A stretch of 59,596 nucleotides of DNA, the filler included, from Sphacelaria rigidula (Eukaryota): the NCBI GenBank assembly GCA_964200075.2. It is 8 parts of 8 records of this genome, joined end to end, with 100 filler letters (N's around TTAATTAATTAA, not from the genome) between each part and the next. Parts side by side here need not be neighbours in the genome. Positions count along the whole stretch, not along the records: positions 37,313 to 44,674 come from CAXNAA020015252.1; positions 44,775 to 52,135 come from CAXNAA020015253.1; 6 more parts are not named here. One strand, given 5' to 3'. Each line of letters begins with the position of its first letter. Positions within the stretch are counted from its first letter, which is position 1. Made by a program: the position numbers and the translations under genes. Below the pieces are notes generated by a model, which did no database searches, was not told the DNA's origin, and saw only the letters and a program-made list of their open reading frames with translations. Shown in pieces: positions 37,313 to 49,865 of this stretch.

Positions 37313-38868
37313 GTCGTGTTCTCGTCGCAAATGTGGCAGCGGAACAGCTGCCCAGTCGCCGGTTTGCCGTCCGACGATGCCGACCCAGAGCTACTTGAAC
37401 TCTGGCTCCCGTCGTTTTTCTGACCAGAGCCCTGGGGTTTTTCCGATTTTCCCTTGCGGTGCGCACCGCTCGGTTTCCCGGTCCCACCCCTGACGAGAAG
37501 AGCCTGGTCGCCCGGGGATGACTTCCTTCCCCGGGCAAGTTCCTGCTTCAAAGATGATGATTCGAAGCGCTTTCGGATCGAAGTCAACACAACCTCCCGT
37601 GTTAGCGGGCCCTCTCGATCCTCGAGCAATTGCCTCTGAATGTAATACTCGAAGGGCAACGCGTTGAGGAATTTCCAGAGAATATGGTTTTTGCTTAGTC
37701 GTTCATGCCCCTCGTATGAATTCAGGTTACGTGCAAGTTCCTCCATCTCGAGCAGCTTCTGCTCTGGATCATCACGGAAAACAATCGTAACTCCATCGAA
37801 CTTTTCCAACAAAGCGGTTCTCGCCCCATTTGTTTTGGGGCGAAAGACATCCTCGAGTTTTCTCCAGACCGCAGCAGATGAGTGGATTCCAAGCAAAATA
37901 GCTTGCTCCCTCCTTCCTTCTAAACTAGCTACAAGCATTCGTCTGGCCCTTACGTTGGCTGCCACTGTGTCCTTCCCATGTCTGCTCTCTGGATACCTCA
38001 TTTTTATTCAGGATTACCGACGTCTACATCGTAAGACCTATCGCCGGCCATGGTGAACACCCAGCCAATTCCTTCGCCCCTTGCGAAGTTTACCAGTTCG
38101 TGCCTGTACCGAGCATAATCAGCGCTCTTCCCTGAAAATTTTGGGACGTTCTGTCGAAAAGCGGGAACCCCTGACACATTTCCACTTGTATCGTTTATTT
38201 GGATTGACTCACGTGCGGGGACAAAGCCCCTAGCTTCGTCATTGGTGGCCTCGTTGTCCATTGCGTCGCGCGCTCCGTCCTCTGGAACAGCTTGACTTTC
38301 GATGTACCGTCGCTCCCTTCGAAGTCCAGCACCACGTCGCTCCGCTGTTCTATTTGTGTTGAATTCCCCCTGTTGACTATGGAAACCTTCACTATCGAGG
38401 ACGCCGTTGTTTTCTGCGCCCCCGGCCTCTCTTTCTAACCTCATATTGTCCATGTTACTCTGTTATGTAGCTTGGCTTAGCTGCATATCACGCATGAGCT
38501 GAGCCGAAGAACTGATCTGACTACGTACTTCTCGCAACTCCTCACTAACACCCTGCTCACGCCTAACTGTAGCAGGCCTATCACCTTGTTCCGCCATTCT
38601 GCCCAACCGGTTGTAACACTAGTGTATTCCGTGGTCCGTGGCGAAGGATAGATAGTTTTATCTTTTGTATTATTGGAGAGTGCCTAGACCGAGTCGACTC
38701 TATGACTAAGGGATTAGATGTTGAGTGAGCTCAGCAGACAGAGTCGTAGCTGCTGTGAGCGGGGTACTGTAGTCACAACACACTCGACTACCAGTACCCG
38801 CACGTCCGCATTAATCTATCCGCACATGTACATGTTCACTCAGTGTATCTGTTCACATGAACACGACA
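37313..38868 (-). mobile_element. 5' end of a Ty1/Copia LTR retrotransposon (putative LTR ~38609-38868, frameshifted gag 38453-37313)
   Basis: gag-like PKFSGKSADYARYR..., SAAVWRKLEDVFRPK..LLEKF..KFLNALPFEY..LTREVVLTSIRKRF, and a zinc-knuckle start CHIC at the contig end. Frameshift at ~38002. The LTR-like segment begins TGTCGTG and is followed by ggttgggcag (degenerate GGTTATGGGCCCAG-like PBS). Confidence 0.8.
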
Positions 38869-39737
38869 TCCCGGTACAGACAGTCCCATTACTGCCGGGA
38901 CGGCCGTGCAAACAGGCCGGCAGCCAAAACGGCCGTTGCACTGGTGTTCTTCTGGCGTTATCAACTCGGAGTACGGCCGCACAGGCTTTGAACGCGAATA
39001 TTTCGGTGATTACCTCACTTCCACTTGGGCCATGTGCTGTGGATTATTTCACGATCTCACCGCCTGATATGTATGGAAATGTATTACACCCTAGACAAGA
39101 GCTTTCTACAGTCAGTATACAATTTATAAGCATGTACTGTGCACAGTATGGAAGCTATTGCCTTCTGCAACGTGCAGAGTACTCGTACAAAAGTGGGAAC
39201 TGCGCGCAGTATGACTTCAAGACAGTGTAGAAATTTCCACGCGGTATGAATTGTTACAGCCGGCTTGCGCCCCATAGCGGCTGTGCTACCATACAGCTCG
39301 GCTCAAGATATAGGCAGGAATTATAGCGGCAGAGGCGACCTATTACTCTCGCGTGCGACACCTAGGGCGAATGCACACTTAGCTTCAACACCGACCGCTG
39401 TACTAGATGTGGCAGAGCAAAGGGTGGTACACCACGTACATACAGACAGCGAGCAGTATCATACATTTATACTGTACTGCATACAAGCGTGATTTGAAAT
39501 CCGTGCGCGCGGGGTCGGGTCGGCATTTAGATAACCGTGCACAAGTTCGCCGTGTACTACCGGGACGCGACCTTATTTCAGTAGCAATCACTTGCGATGT
39601 GTGCTGTGACGGGTCTCGTGCGTGATGATGTTTTTCCCACCTCCGCACACCGCCCGTGAAGCGAGCTCTTCATGCTGGAAGTGTCCACCGCTTTTCTCGC
39701 CACTCTTGGTCTGAGACAATTAAAACTGCGGAATGTG

Positions 39738-40176
39738 ACAGTATCTAACAGTGGATTCTCGAAAACAGGGTTGAAAAACAAATGAGGTTCAACTCAAAAG
39801 TCGTGCTTTCCTTGACCAAAATTTATGACAAATGACTTTCATATCGACCACCCCATCCCTCCCGACCTCCCCAAAACCATATCGGGGGATTACTAGCCTT
39901 CCATTCCCTCAAAGTGTATGTGCGAAAGTACACTTATGCCTCGATTTCGGGGTGAGAAAAGGACGTTTCTTGTCCCCAAAATCGTGCGTTCTCACATACC
40001 CTTTGGGAGAACGGAAGGCTAGAAATCCCTCACAACAGTTTTAGGGAGGTCGGGAGGGATGGGGTGGTCCATACAAAAGCTATTTGTCATGAATTTAGGC
40101 CAAGGAAAGCACGGCTTTTGAATTGAACCTCTCTTTTTTTTCAGCCCCAATTTCGAGAATCCATTGTTATCTACTG
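39738..40176. repeat. Imperfect foldback element (~215-bp arms)
   Basis: taac.atggattctcgaaa..gaggttcaa.tcaaaag.cgtgctttcctt..atgacaaat..gaccaccccatccctcccgacctccc..ctagccttcc..gtatgtg is mirrored around ~39962. Confidence 0.85.
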
Positions 40177-40328
40177 GAAGGTACACATTCTCCCACACAA
40201 TTGCCTCCATAATATAAAAAAGGAATAACACCGCTTTATTTTCTACTTGCGTCACCCCCGGAAGGCCAGTACCAACCTCCCGAAGGGGAACCTTGTATTT
40301 CATTAATATATAGTACAGTATATGTTAA

Positions 40329-40686
40329 GGAGAAGAAGCATAGATATTATATGGATCTATAATGTAGACCTCTATTATGTGATATATAGTATATGAAATA
40401 CACTACATGAAATAAAATATACTTCGAAGTATGAAAAATAATATATGGAATATAATGTATGATATATCATATATCATATATCATATATCGTATATCATAA
40501 ATAATACCATGTATAATATATATAAGGATTTCTACTGTCTACGGCAGCTGACCACATCCACCAACGCTTCGGCAAAAAAACAGGGGATACACGGCTGGGT
40601 GCCCCCCCCCCCCCTCCCCGTCGAAAACTCGAATTTTTTAATCTTGGGGCTTACGCGTCCTGAATTTCTATTTTCGCTGCCCCCTG
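40329..40686 (-). mobile_element. End of non-autonomous DNA transposon, same family as 7770-8064
   Basis: Shared sequence ending ttttcgctgccccctg. Confidence 0.65.
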
Positions 40687-41226
40687 GGTAGAAAATAGTT
40701 TTCCAATATCCAATCAGTCAGCATGACCACGGAAATCATTCCTTCTCTTCCGTAGTTTAACAATCGATCAACTATTTCGTCTGCCCTCGCTGCCTTTCTG
40801 TGCTTGAGTTACACTCCTTGACTTCGTACGAGTTGGGAAGGTACAGCCACTTCCTAACTTTTGGGGGGCGTCTGCTGGTGTTGGCTCTATGTCCGTAACT
40901 AAAACGTTAAAACTATTGATCGCGGACTCCTTACTCCCACGCAAACAATCAAAAGGTTCATCGTTTCTTTTTTCGTTTACACGTGAAGCTCATACGCCCG
41001 ATGGGTTGCCACAGATTGCCCCATCATAGTCGGGGATGATTCGTCTCGCCTTCGCTGCTTCTTCGTCCAGTTGCAAATGGATATATTGAGAGTGTAAAGC
41101 GTCCTGCAGCTGCAACAGTGCTGTGCTACTTGTGCTTTGTAGACTGAGTAGCCTACCGCGGAGGATTACAGTCGGGCCACGGTTTGATCCCTCAGAGAAT
41201 TTGACTGGAAAAATTAACGTGTTCAT

Positions 41227-41753
41227 TATTGACCGACTCCCGAAGTTAAGTTTTCGCTCATGGTGATGCAGAAGAGAAGTAGTAGAGGAGTGATCAGGTG
41301 GGCGAGCATCAAGTGTGCGAGCCTATCGATCAGCTAATGAACTTCCAGAACTTCCACACGTCTAGAACACTCGCGGGATATTACAACCGATAACTCCCGA
41401 TCAATCCCCCGAGAACTTATTCTGGAAACATAATGTACCGCAGAATATGCCGCAGACTATTTCTGGAACACTCAAATGGTTTCTCACTTGTTTACGATAA
41501 CTTACGACAGATAGCAGTTGTTACCAATGACTGACATTGAATATTCCAACACTTCCCCACATACACAGAATCCAGAATCATCTAGATCTACGAAGAACGT
41601 TCTGGAAGTGTTTCCAGAAGAATTCAGCATACTTACAGCAAGTTCTACGGAGATAGAGCAACCCGTGTACTAGTCAGATCCTTCTCTTGGTTGCACCTGT
41701 ACTGCTACTGCTGTTACTGCCCAGACTGAGACTAGTTGCTGCAATCGTCAACA
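41227..41753. mobile_element. Candidate solo LTR containing heat-shock-element-like motifs
   Basis: Termini TATTGAC...GTCAACA (one mismatch from TGTTGAC), with multiple TTCnnGAA units. No 5-bp TSD is visible. Confidence 0.5.
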
Positions 41754-44700
41754 AAGAAAAATCTCTGTCTGATTGCTTGCATTCATACATACCATTTCCC
41801 TGACATATCTCTCACCCCAGCTAAACGATCTGGTGTGCGTCTTTGCAGGTACATGACAAAGCAAACGCTCGTGGACCTGTTCAAGCACCGTGTGATCCAC
41901 GGCGACCTCCCTTGTGTTCCTTGTGCAGGCCAAGGCGGACTTCATCGCTCAGGAGCTAGGAAGCGCCGATGAACGCATGAAGGCCAAAGCAGGTGTGGAC
42001 ATAGCAGAGAGAGGTCTTCTCCTTCTAGTCCATTCAATGTACCGGGAAACGAGCACAGTCGCCCCCGTTTTCCCGCCCCGAGTGTCGTACTGCCGTGTAA
42101 AAAACATGTGCTCCCTCTTTCCCGTTTTGCCTTCATTATCTGGCGTTTTTTTAGTTGAAAACTATCCATTTACTTTAACACTGTCCATTTCTCCCATGCA
42201 GTCGACCGGTCAACATATATTGCTGGCCCCCAAAATGGCCGTATTTCGTCCCTATTCCGGGGGCATAAGATAGAGGAAAGCCCAGTGATGAAACATACAA
42301 AAGGTGGTCGAAGTTGATTGCTTTCACGTAACATTATGCGCAGAGGGTAGCTGCATCTGCTCCTGGGCCAAAAACCACTTCGTGTAGTTGTGACTCGTTC
42401 AGTTGTGACTTCTGTTCGACACCAAAATGGCACAAGGCGACCGGCTATGGCAAAAATGGGTTCCAACTGGCCAAATTTGTCCACAATTCGGTCGATTTCA
42501 ATCCGAATATTTGTGCGGTATACGTTGAGTGCTTTTTTATTCTTTTATCCGAGAATGATATATATTTTCATCCCTCGGATGATGCTAACTATACTGTCAG
42601 AATATCCTCCGTTCGGGAGATGCCATATGCGCCCATGTTGGTTTTAACTTGAGGGACACACGAATTATATGAGGTACTATCCGGGTACGTAAAAGCGCCC
42701 GCTCCGTTCTATCACCATACAAATATTTTCTACCGCTGAGTTTGCTGTATGCTTTCATCATACCATTTGCGCAGTGCAGATTCTATGTGGTGGGGCGGGA
42801 TCTGGGATCCCGATCCATGCTGTGAACTGTTTGCAGCTCGCTCTATCCGGCTGCAATCCTGTAGGAAGCGCCTGTGAGGAGGGACTGGTTCAAGGCTACA
42901 GTCTTCCGTTCAATATCAAGCCGCCTGCAGACACCCGCGTTCGCAAACCTCATCCGCTTCTCGGAAAGGTGGCCAGAATGCACCTATCCATGATGGATCG
43001 CACGAAACGAACCACGTTCCGCAGTGTCAAGCTTCGTTTAGTGGGCTCGAGACATGTGACGAGTCAGCCGGCGTCAATCTGAACCCATACGACCAGAATC
43101 ACGCGAAGAAACAAAACTTTGCGTCCTCTGAACGTCTTAGGTTGTAATTCCTTTGCTCTTATGGCGACTGTCGTCAATGAGCTCGAGAACTAGACCATCA
43201 ACCGCAGACCGGTGGATCGCCTCGTAGGCACCCCAAACAGCATCAAATGAGGTGAAAAATAAAAACGCGGAGTTGCCGGCGGTACATCTGCTCGAAGCCC
43301 ATGCAATCTTTCAACCGGCTCGGGAGAATTGCCGTGACTTTTCGAAGTGGAGACTTGGTGTTGTGCGGCTTACAAGCGATGGTTCTGCTCATGGCTTAAG
43401 ACTATGATCGGCGGTTCAGGAAAAACCCTGCTCGGCGCTTACGACTGGGAAGTTCGGTGGTACCGTACTAGTACTGGTACATCATAACAGTGTGGCGTCC
43501 GGGCATTTATGTTGGATTATCGTATTTTATGTGGTCAGGTGCGCACGTGCGCGACGTGGGAGTAGCAGTCCGTTCATTGCTCGTACGCAAAGCTTGATTT
43601 TAGTGGTTAGGAGCTGATGTTTTACGGGATGAAACCATCGATGAAGGAAAATGAGGTACGGAATCCTGGAGCAATTTCTGAAACCTGAGAAGAAGAAAAG
43701 TATCATTTTATGAAATTTCGCGTAAAAAAATCGAAATGTTCGTGACCGCGGGGGACATCCTCTTCTCGCCATTGATTGAAAAGAACCTTCTGCACGGCAT
43801 CTTTCTGTCTGTAACATCCTCGTCGCTATTTTGAGATTACTTCCTTGAAGTGAGCCGTCCATTTCATTCCTGTCTTCAAGTCGGTCATTCATCGCTGCTA
43901 CGACTGACTCGCGTAGGTCAACGGGATTCACAGCTACATCAGCCAAACGCCATTTCTTTGCTTCACAACCTGTGCACAGCTGAATCTGAGAGATGGCTAC
44001 CTGGAAGTTTCACAGAAGGTATATCGTCAATCTGCGGAAGGTGGCTGAAGATTCGCAGAAGAAAGCCGTATCCAGCAAGTTGGATCGAACGACAAGCTTG
44101 AAACGTTGGAGCGAATCGAAAAGGCGACAACATTGGAGACTAATCGCAAATCCTGAACAACTTGAAATATATGATCACGCAATCCACACAAGGGTCCGTG
44201 TATCGAGTCCAAAAATGTGGGAACGCGACGTGATGGTGATGGTGATTGCGGCGGTTGGGAATTCTTTTTTCACAATTCCGATTGGTTGTGATTCGATGCC
44301 ACATTCTGACCTCTCCCAAAATCACTTCCACGAAAATCAATCTTCTGGGAATGAATTTTTGTGAGAGCGGATGAACATTTGCGTGACAATGCGAAGAGCA
44401 ACGTCACATCAAAGCCGAATCCAAATTCCGGGGTTGAACACTGTAATAGTGTGGCGGTGTTGCAGTATGATAGCAAGCCGAACCCCAGAGGAAGGGATGA
44501 TAGCAAGCTTGTTCTGAAGCCAGATCGTAAAACACGCTGAAGGCTCCTTGCTCAAGCATACAGTAGCAACAGCTGTTCGGAGATCACGAACCACGCCTCA
44601 TATAATTACGACCCAAAAGGGAAGACAGGTACGAAGGGTTATGATACACACAGCTTCCACAACTCACGTTGGTCNNNNNNNNNNNNNNNNNNNNNNNNNN

Positions 44701-44774
44701 NNNNNNNNNNNNNNNNNNTTAATTAATTAANNNNNNNNNNNNNNNNNNNNNNNNNNNNNNNNNNNNNNNNNNNN

Positions 44775-45010
44775 CAGAGTTTTCGTGAATATGTAACGTG
44801 TCACGTGTCATGTTAAAAATGCACAAAAACAGCCTTTTTTTACATCTGGAAAACACCAAGAGACACTGCTTCAAGGTCCACATGTCACGTCACGTTACGT
44901 TGCATTCGTCCCGTCCGAAAAATCAAACCTTGCGTCGTTAAATGGCCCAAGATTACGTTTTTTTTCCGTTTTTTTTCAAATGTGTCAAGTGTGTCACGTA
45001 TCCCTCCCTG
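44775..45010 (-). mobile_element. hAT-like terminus (CAGGGAGGG..., GTCAC/GTAACG subterminal repeats) truncating the adjacent LINE
   Basis: LINE homology stops at ccctg (45010). Repeat motifs resemble those of 35132-36510. Confidence 0.5.
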
Positions 45011-45930
45011 CAATTATGTACATCACCTTCCTCCTCCACCTGACTACTGGTATATCTTTCTCTCCTTCCTCGCGGGTCCAGGTCCCCCACCCGAAATCGC
45101 AGTTTCAATCAATTTGCGGAGTGCGTTGGGCCATGCAGATATGCTGTCATTCCTATCCCTTCTCCCAACCAACCGTATATCTTCAGGTGCCGTTCCTCGT
45201 CTACTCTCCATTCAAGGGTTTGTTCCCCCTTACTTCCATCATATATCTTACTTCTATCTTGTACTCTTCGCATCCATCTATGGACATTATGTCGTTTTAC
45301 TTTCCTCGTATGTCCTTCTACACTTTCTCGACTACTCTATCTCACCTTATTCCAGCCTACCCTTTCGCCACTTTCTTCCACACAGCCTTATCAACGATGA
45401 AAAACAATCAATTTCCTTGCATATCTTCAATGGTTTATTTTCGTTTTAATTTCCATTGGTCTCTGTTTGTTTCAAGTAGGTGCATTCCCAAATTTTCTCC
45501 CAATGCTGTATTACTCTTCGTTTGGGCATCCAAGTGTTTTTTTAGCTGCTGTCATCTGTACCGTTTCTAACTCCTTCAGCTTGCGTTCCCCTCCCATACA
45601 AGTACTTCTCCTGCATATTCCAGCTATAGTACAATCAAATTCATCAGCATACACATCTTAGTTTCTAGGTGCGAGTCACTTACGATCACGCCCATCTTGC
45701 CTATCTATGCCCTACCCTCTTCTACTTCTTTACTTATGTGTACATCCGAAGAATACTTATTTATACTGTGTTCCCTTTTTTCCGGAAACTAATAATTGAA
45801 CCCCAACACAATATTGTGCTCCTCTTTTCCAAAAAATAATAATTGAACCCCAACCAACAACCCCAGCCCAATATTTTAAAAAAATAGATATGAAAAGTAT
45901 CATTGCTTGTGGTCATCTGTATCGCCACCT

Positions 45931-45974
<44 letters not shown>

Positions 45975-46195
45975 TGGTCTACGATCGGCAATTTCTCTTC
46001 TTTTCACTTACATTTGAACTCTTCCGGGTTCTTCTTATCCCCGTTACATAAAACTACCCCGCATGTGTTTGCGTTCGCTGTCACTCTCCATTTCCTAGTG
46101 TATTCTAGTGCCTTCTCTATTTGCTTCCGCGATCCTTCTTATATTTCCAATATCCTCAAGAAATCATCCCCGAATATCACTCCTGATACGGTATT
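45011..46195 (-). pseudogene. Degenerate non-LTR (LINE) reverse-transcriptase C-terminal region, interrupted by an (AT)n tract and an ~170-bp insert
   Basis: Reverse strand: TVSGVIFGDD (FADD-like)..KQIEKALEYTRKWRVTAN..LPIVDQY | ..DSHLET..LEYAGE..ELETVQMTAAKKTLGC..AVWKKVAKG..HLKIYG..YLHGP..LKLRFRVGDLD..RYTSS. Many stops and frameshifts, with an insertion at ~45760-45972. Confidence 0.85.
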
Positions 46196-46199
46196 GAGT

Positions 46200-46500
46200 T
46201 GATTGATTGATTATCTCGCATTAGCTGATTGCAGCAATCCAGCCCGTGGTGAGGAGCAGCGAGAAAAATAAGAAGAAGAAAGAAAAAAGGGAATAAACAG
46301 AGAAAGACAGAAGCAACAGTCACACAAAAGGAAAGAAGGAAGGAAGCAGCGACAACAACGATCTGCTCGTGCTTGCGCCTCTTTTTCCGAGCGGCGTGTG
46401 TTTTCTTCTCTTCTGTCCCTGTACATGCAAGTGTATATCTCCGCTCTGAAATGCATTGCTCCGTGCGTGCTTGTTATCAGACATGGTTTCGGGGGCAGCA
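46200..46500 (-). mobile_element. Retroelement (RTE-like) 3' end with (CAAT)n tail; related plus-strand tail at ~21780-21960
   Basis: Reverse strand ends with a pyrimidine-rich tract, then accacgggctggatt...gcgagataatcaatcaatca. 21895-21960 reads gttaccacggctg...gcgacaatcaatcgatcagtcaatcaa. Confidence 0.5.
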
Positions 46501-49036
46501 GTCCCGACATGCCTCGACGAGTCCCACCACCGCATCGTTTCTTGTGCTTACACACGTGTAAAAACCTAGCAGCTCTACTCTCTTTGCTACGTATCCCACG
46601 CTTTCGGCGACGGTTACCTTGTGCCGCTGCCGCGGGCTGTGTAGCCGCGGAAAAGTTTGCCGTTGGGAAAACTCCGTGGGGTAATATTCCGCCGCATCAG
46701 GATGGAGCGGCGTCATCATCGTCGAGCGTAAGCAGCGGGTGAGGAAGCAAGAGGGTTACTACCGGATCACTGCTGTTGCTCTTGTTACTGCTGTCGACGA
46801 TGATACCTCTTCTCTACACTTCAGGTGTGTGCGTGCAGGGTCGCGGTTCACACACACACACAACCCAGGCCGGGCAGCCCGGGGACGGGTATCTTGACAC
46901 CTTACTTTGCTCTTTTCAGGTCATTAGTAAATACCCTGAATAAAATGGGGAATCAAGTATATGCTTGTGCAAACTCCTTGCAATATATCGAAATACCTCG
47001 ACAGTTCTGAATCTAGCATTGTAGCACTTTTCGCACGTTCTGTCATGTTTTTCACCATTCTCCACATTGGCCGTCTTATTCCAGTTTCACACATATTTGG
47101 CCCATCTTTCCATAATGTGTCATGGGCCTCCTACACGTGTCACGTAGTGGGACGGGGGGGGGGGGAGGGTGTTCCTGCACTTCAGGCACGAATTCTCGTT
47201 ATCGTTTGGCAAAACCCGTTGAAGTCGCGCCTACCGTACGCACGCGCACCCCCAGCAGATAAATATGCACCGCCGTTCAGCCGTTCAGCTGCAAAACAAG
47301 CTGACCACATACATGAACAATCGTTGGCACGATAAGTTTACTGATGTGCTGATACGGCGAAGAGCTTCTCGTCGTTACTTCTGCACAAATACCTGTGGCG
47401 CGGTGAATATATTTTACCTACTCCGGAGTACATGTGTGTATGTTCGCCAACGACCTCTTTTCATGTATGCATTATGTCTCTAACAAATCCACTGCTGTAT
47501 TCGAAATCGTCCGCAAAAAGAAGGCTGTCCGTCTAGCGTCCAACTAAGGACAACGATTTCAAGGGGTTAACAGGTATTGCACACTCCTCTACGAGAACCA
47601 ACGTGTATACGGCAACTGTATCGAGATGAGGCCCAGTGTTTCATCGCCCACACTGATAATATTATAAATATAACGCCTCGAATGGAATGGTGTCCGAAGG
47701 CATATCCACAGCTCCCTGAATGACTTGACATTTTTCTCACAATGATAGCTTGGAGAGAATATATAAATTCGTCAACACCTGGATGCTTTGTCATGCTTCC
47801 TATATATTTTCACGGGCATCTTCAGGTATGTTCGTAAACACGCTAAATCATCAATATTCATTTGTACCGCTGACGAAAGCAGGTACAGGCCCCCAACCCG
47901 GCTGGTTAATTGAAAGCAACAATACGTGCAGCACACGCGCACGTTAGGTCTCTCTGTTCTAGCCCTGAAAAAAGTCGTCAAATTGCGAACACGATCGTGA
48001 AACAGTACATGTGCTCTTGTACTACCGTTGTATGTGTGTGCGTGTTGCCTGCGTGCGTCCATGCGTGCGTGAGCGTGTGAGTGTGTCCGTGCGTCGAGTC
48101 GAGGCATACGGTCAGTTGACGGCCCTCCGGCGTGTATAGTCTGCAACCGCGTCTCTCTACAAGCATGCTGAGGGTCTGTGTTGAGAATTCTTGACCACGT
48201 AGTTCAGAAATCTCGTCAACGTAGCAGCAGTTGTAGAAAAGATCGAGGCTGAGATTTCGAAAGTTGTAGGAACGTCTCCAGGCTGGGCACTGCCTTGGAC
48301 TCAGAAAGTTGACACCTCCCTCTGGCAGTCCTGGCCACAGACATGAAGATCGCCCGCATAGGAGAAGGATGTCATGATGAGCCTGTATTCTCGTTTCTTG
48401 TCAGGGGGTCTGATAAGCATCGTATACCGCTGAACTTTGTGTGTGTGCCTCTACAATCAGTTCTTCGATGGCACATGCCTGCTATTGTATCATTTCGCAG
48501 GTCTGGCAGTGTTCTGGGCAGTCTTGTTTTCATCTGCCATGCTTTTCTGACGGTTCTGCTGTCCAGAGGGTGTCTAGGTTAAATTGTGCTACCCGACAAA
48601 CGTCATCATATTCTGAAAAAGCAGGAATTCAATCTTGACCTATTCACTCAACACGATAAGAAGACATGCACTTTTTCGGATAAAGCCAAACAATCCGAAT
48701 TTTCCAATATTTCGTCTGAAAGATACAAATCGTCAATAACGACTCTTACCGGGAAAAGAGCACGCCGTGCTGGCCTCGATGTTGGCTTCTATATTGCTGT
48801 GCTGTACGACTGCCATACGGGGCGGCGGGGCCACTTTTGTTTAAAAACTCTCATTCTGAGTGATATTTTGTGCAGGTAGGGTGTAGAGTTGCGCCTCCAT
48901 TTTGGCGATGTCACGCTACACCCTTCCCCAACATGTGTGTTGGGGTTTCTAGGTTTTAAACAGGGGGATTCGTTATACGCCAACCCTTAAACCTAGCCAT
49001 ATGTCTCATCCCCAAGCTCACTCCCCCTCCCCCCCC

Positions 49037-49086
49037 TCAATGGTCTTATGACTATGGCATGCATGATCATGAGTACACCCCCCCCA
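49037..49086 (+). mobile_element. ~45-bp 3' tip of retroelement family B between two C tracts
   Basis: ccccctcccccccc-tcaatggtcttatgactatggcatgcatgatcatgagtaca-ccccccccc. Confidence 0.85.
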
Positions 49087-49331
49087 AGTTAAAGACTAGA
49101 CAAAGCTAGTCGTCTAAATGATGTCGTGTGCACATGATTTGACGCAGAGAACTTGAGATATCGGTCACTAGCAACACGTTTATGGTGAGCCAAGAATACC
49201 TGTACATGCGGCGGGGCAATCCTTACAGATGGGTAGCATATTTGGTATGCACGGTTGTTCGAGAAGGTAAGCGAGAGATAGAAGCTCATGCATGCATAGT
49301 AACAAGAGTGGAACAGGAATACACGACTGCA

Positions 49332-49865
49332 GGGGGGATGGTGTACTCATGGTTTCGCGTACCGCAGTCCTAAGATCGTTGACCTCGCACCCCTACAAAA
49401 CCAGAACGAAGCACGTCGGGATGGAGGACGCCGGTTTTCGCCGGACCAGGCTCTCAATCAATCACCGAGCGCGAAGCGCTGTGATGTGTTCGGCGAATCG
49501 CATGAAGGGCAAGAGTGCACTCTGCTAAGAATTTTTGGCCTCGCGCGCACTGATTATCTTGCATTTGGATCACAACCTGCAATGAGTTGCTTCATTTTCT
49601 GATATCGCCACTCCCAGAGACAGCCACGGGTTCCACACTGCCTCCTGGATGTCTCACCATTTAAACGCTGCACAGCACGTCACCTCTTTGCGCGGAGTTG
49701 AGACTATCACGCCCGCACAATATGTTCTGACTCGACCACTATTCATGGTTACCGCAAAAAAACATCCCATTAAAGCAAGGTAAGAAAGGGTAACCCCGGT
49801 TCTAGCTTACGCCGTGAGTGTCGTGGTTTACAGCGACCTCGCCAACTGAAGCCAACCCTCAAAGA
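49332..49865 (-). mobile_element. Non-LTR retroelement family B, long copy
   Basis: Colinear with 19497-20015, with a G tract at the 3' junction. Confidence 0.8.

Noticed and set aside
40990-44600. Scattered exon-like or ORF-like fragments (e.g. 40993-41103 minus, 41929-41992 plus, 42774-43450, 43993-44364)
   Set aside because: Could not be joined into a consistent frame or assigned to a family. Possibly a decayed gene or TE.
48179-48653. TGTTGAG...CTCAACA solo-LTR candidate
   Set aside because: No TSD, no second copy and no internal LTR hallmarks.
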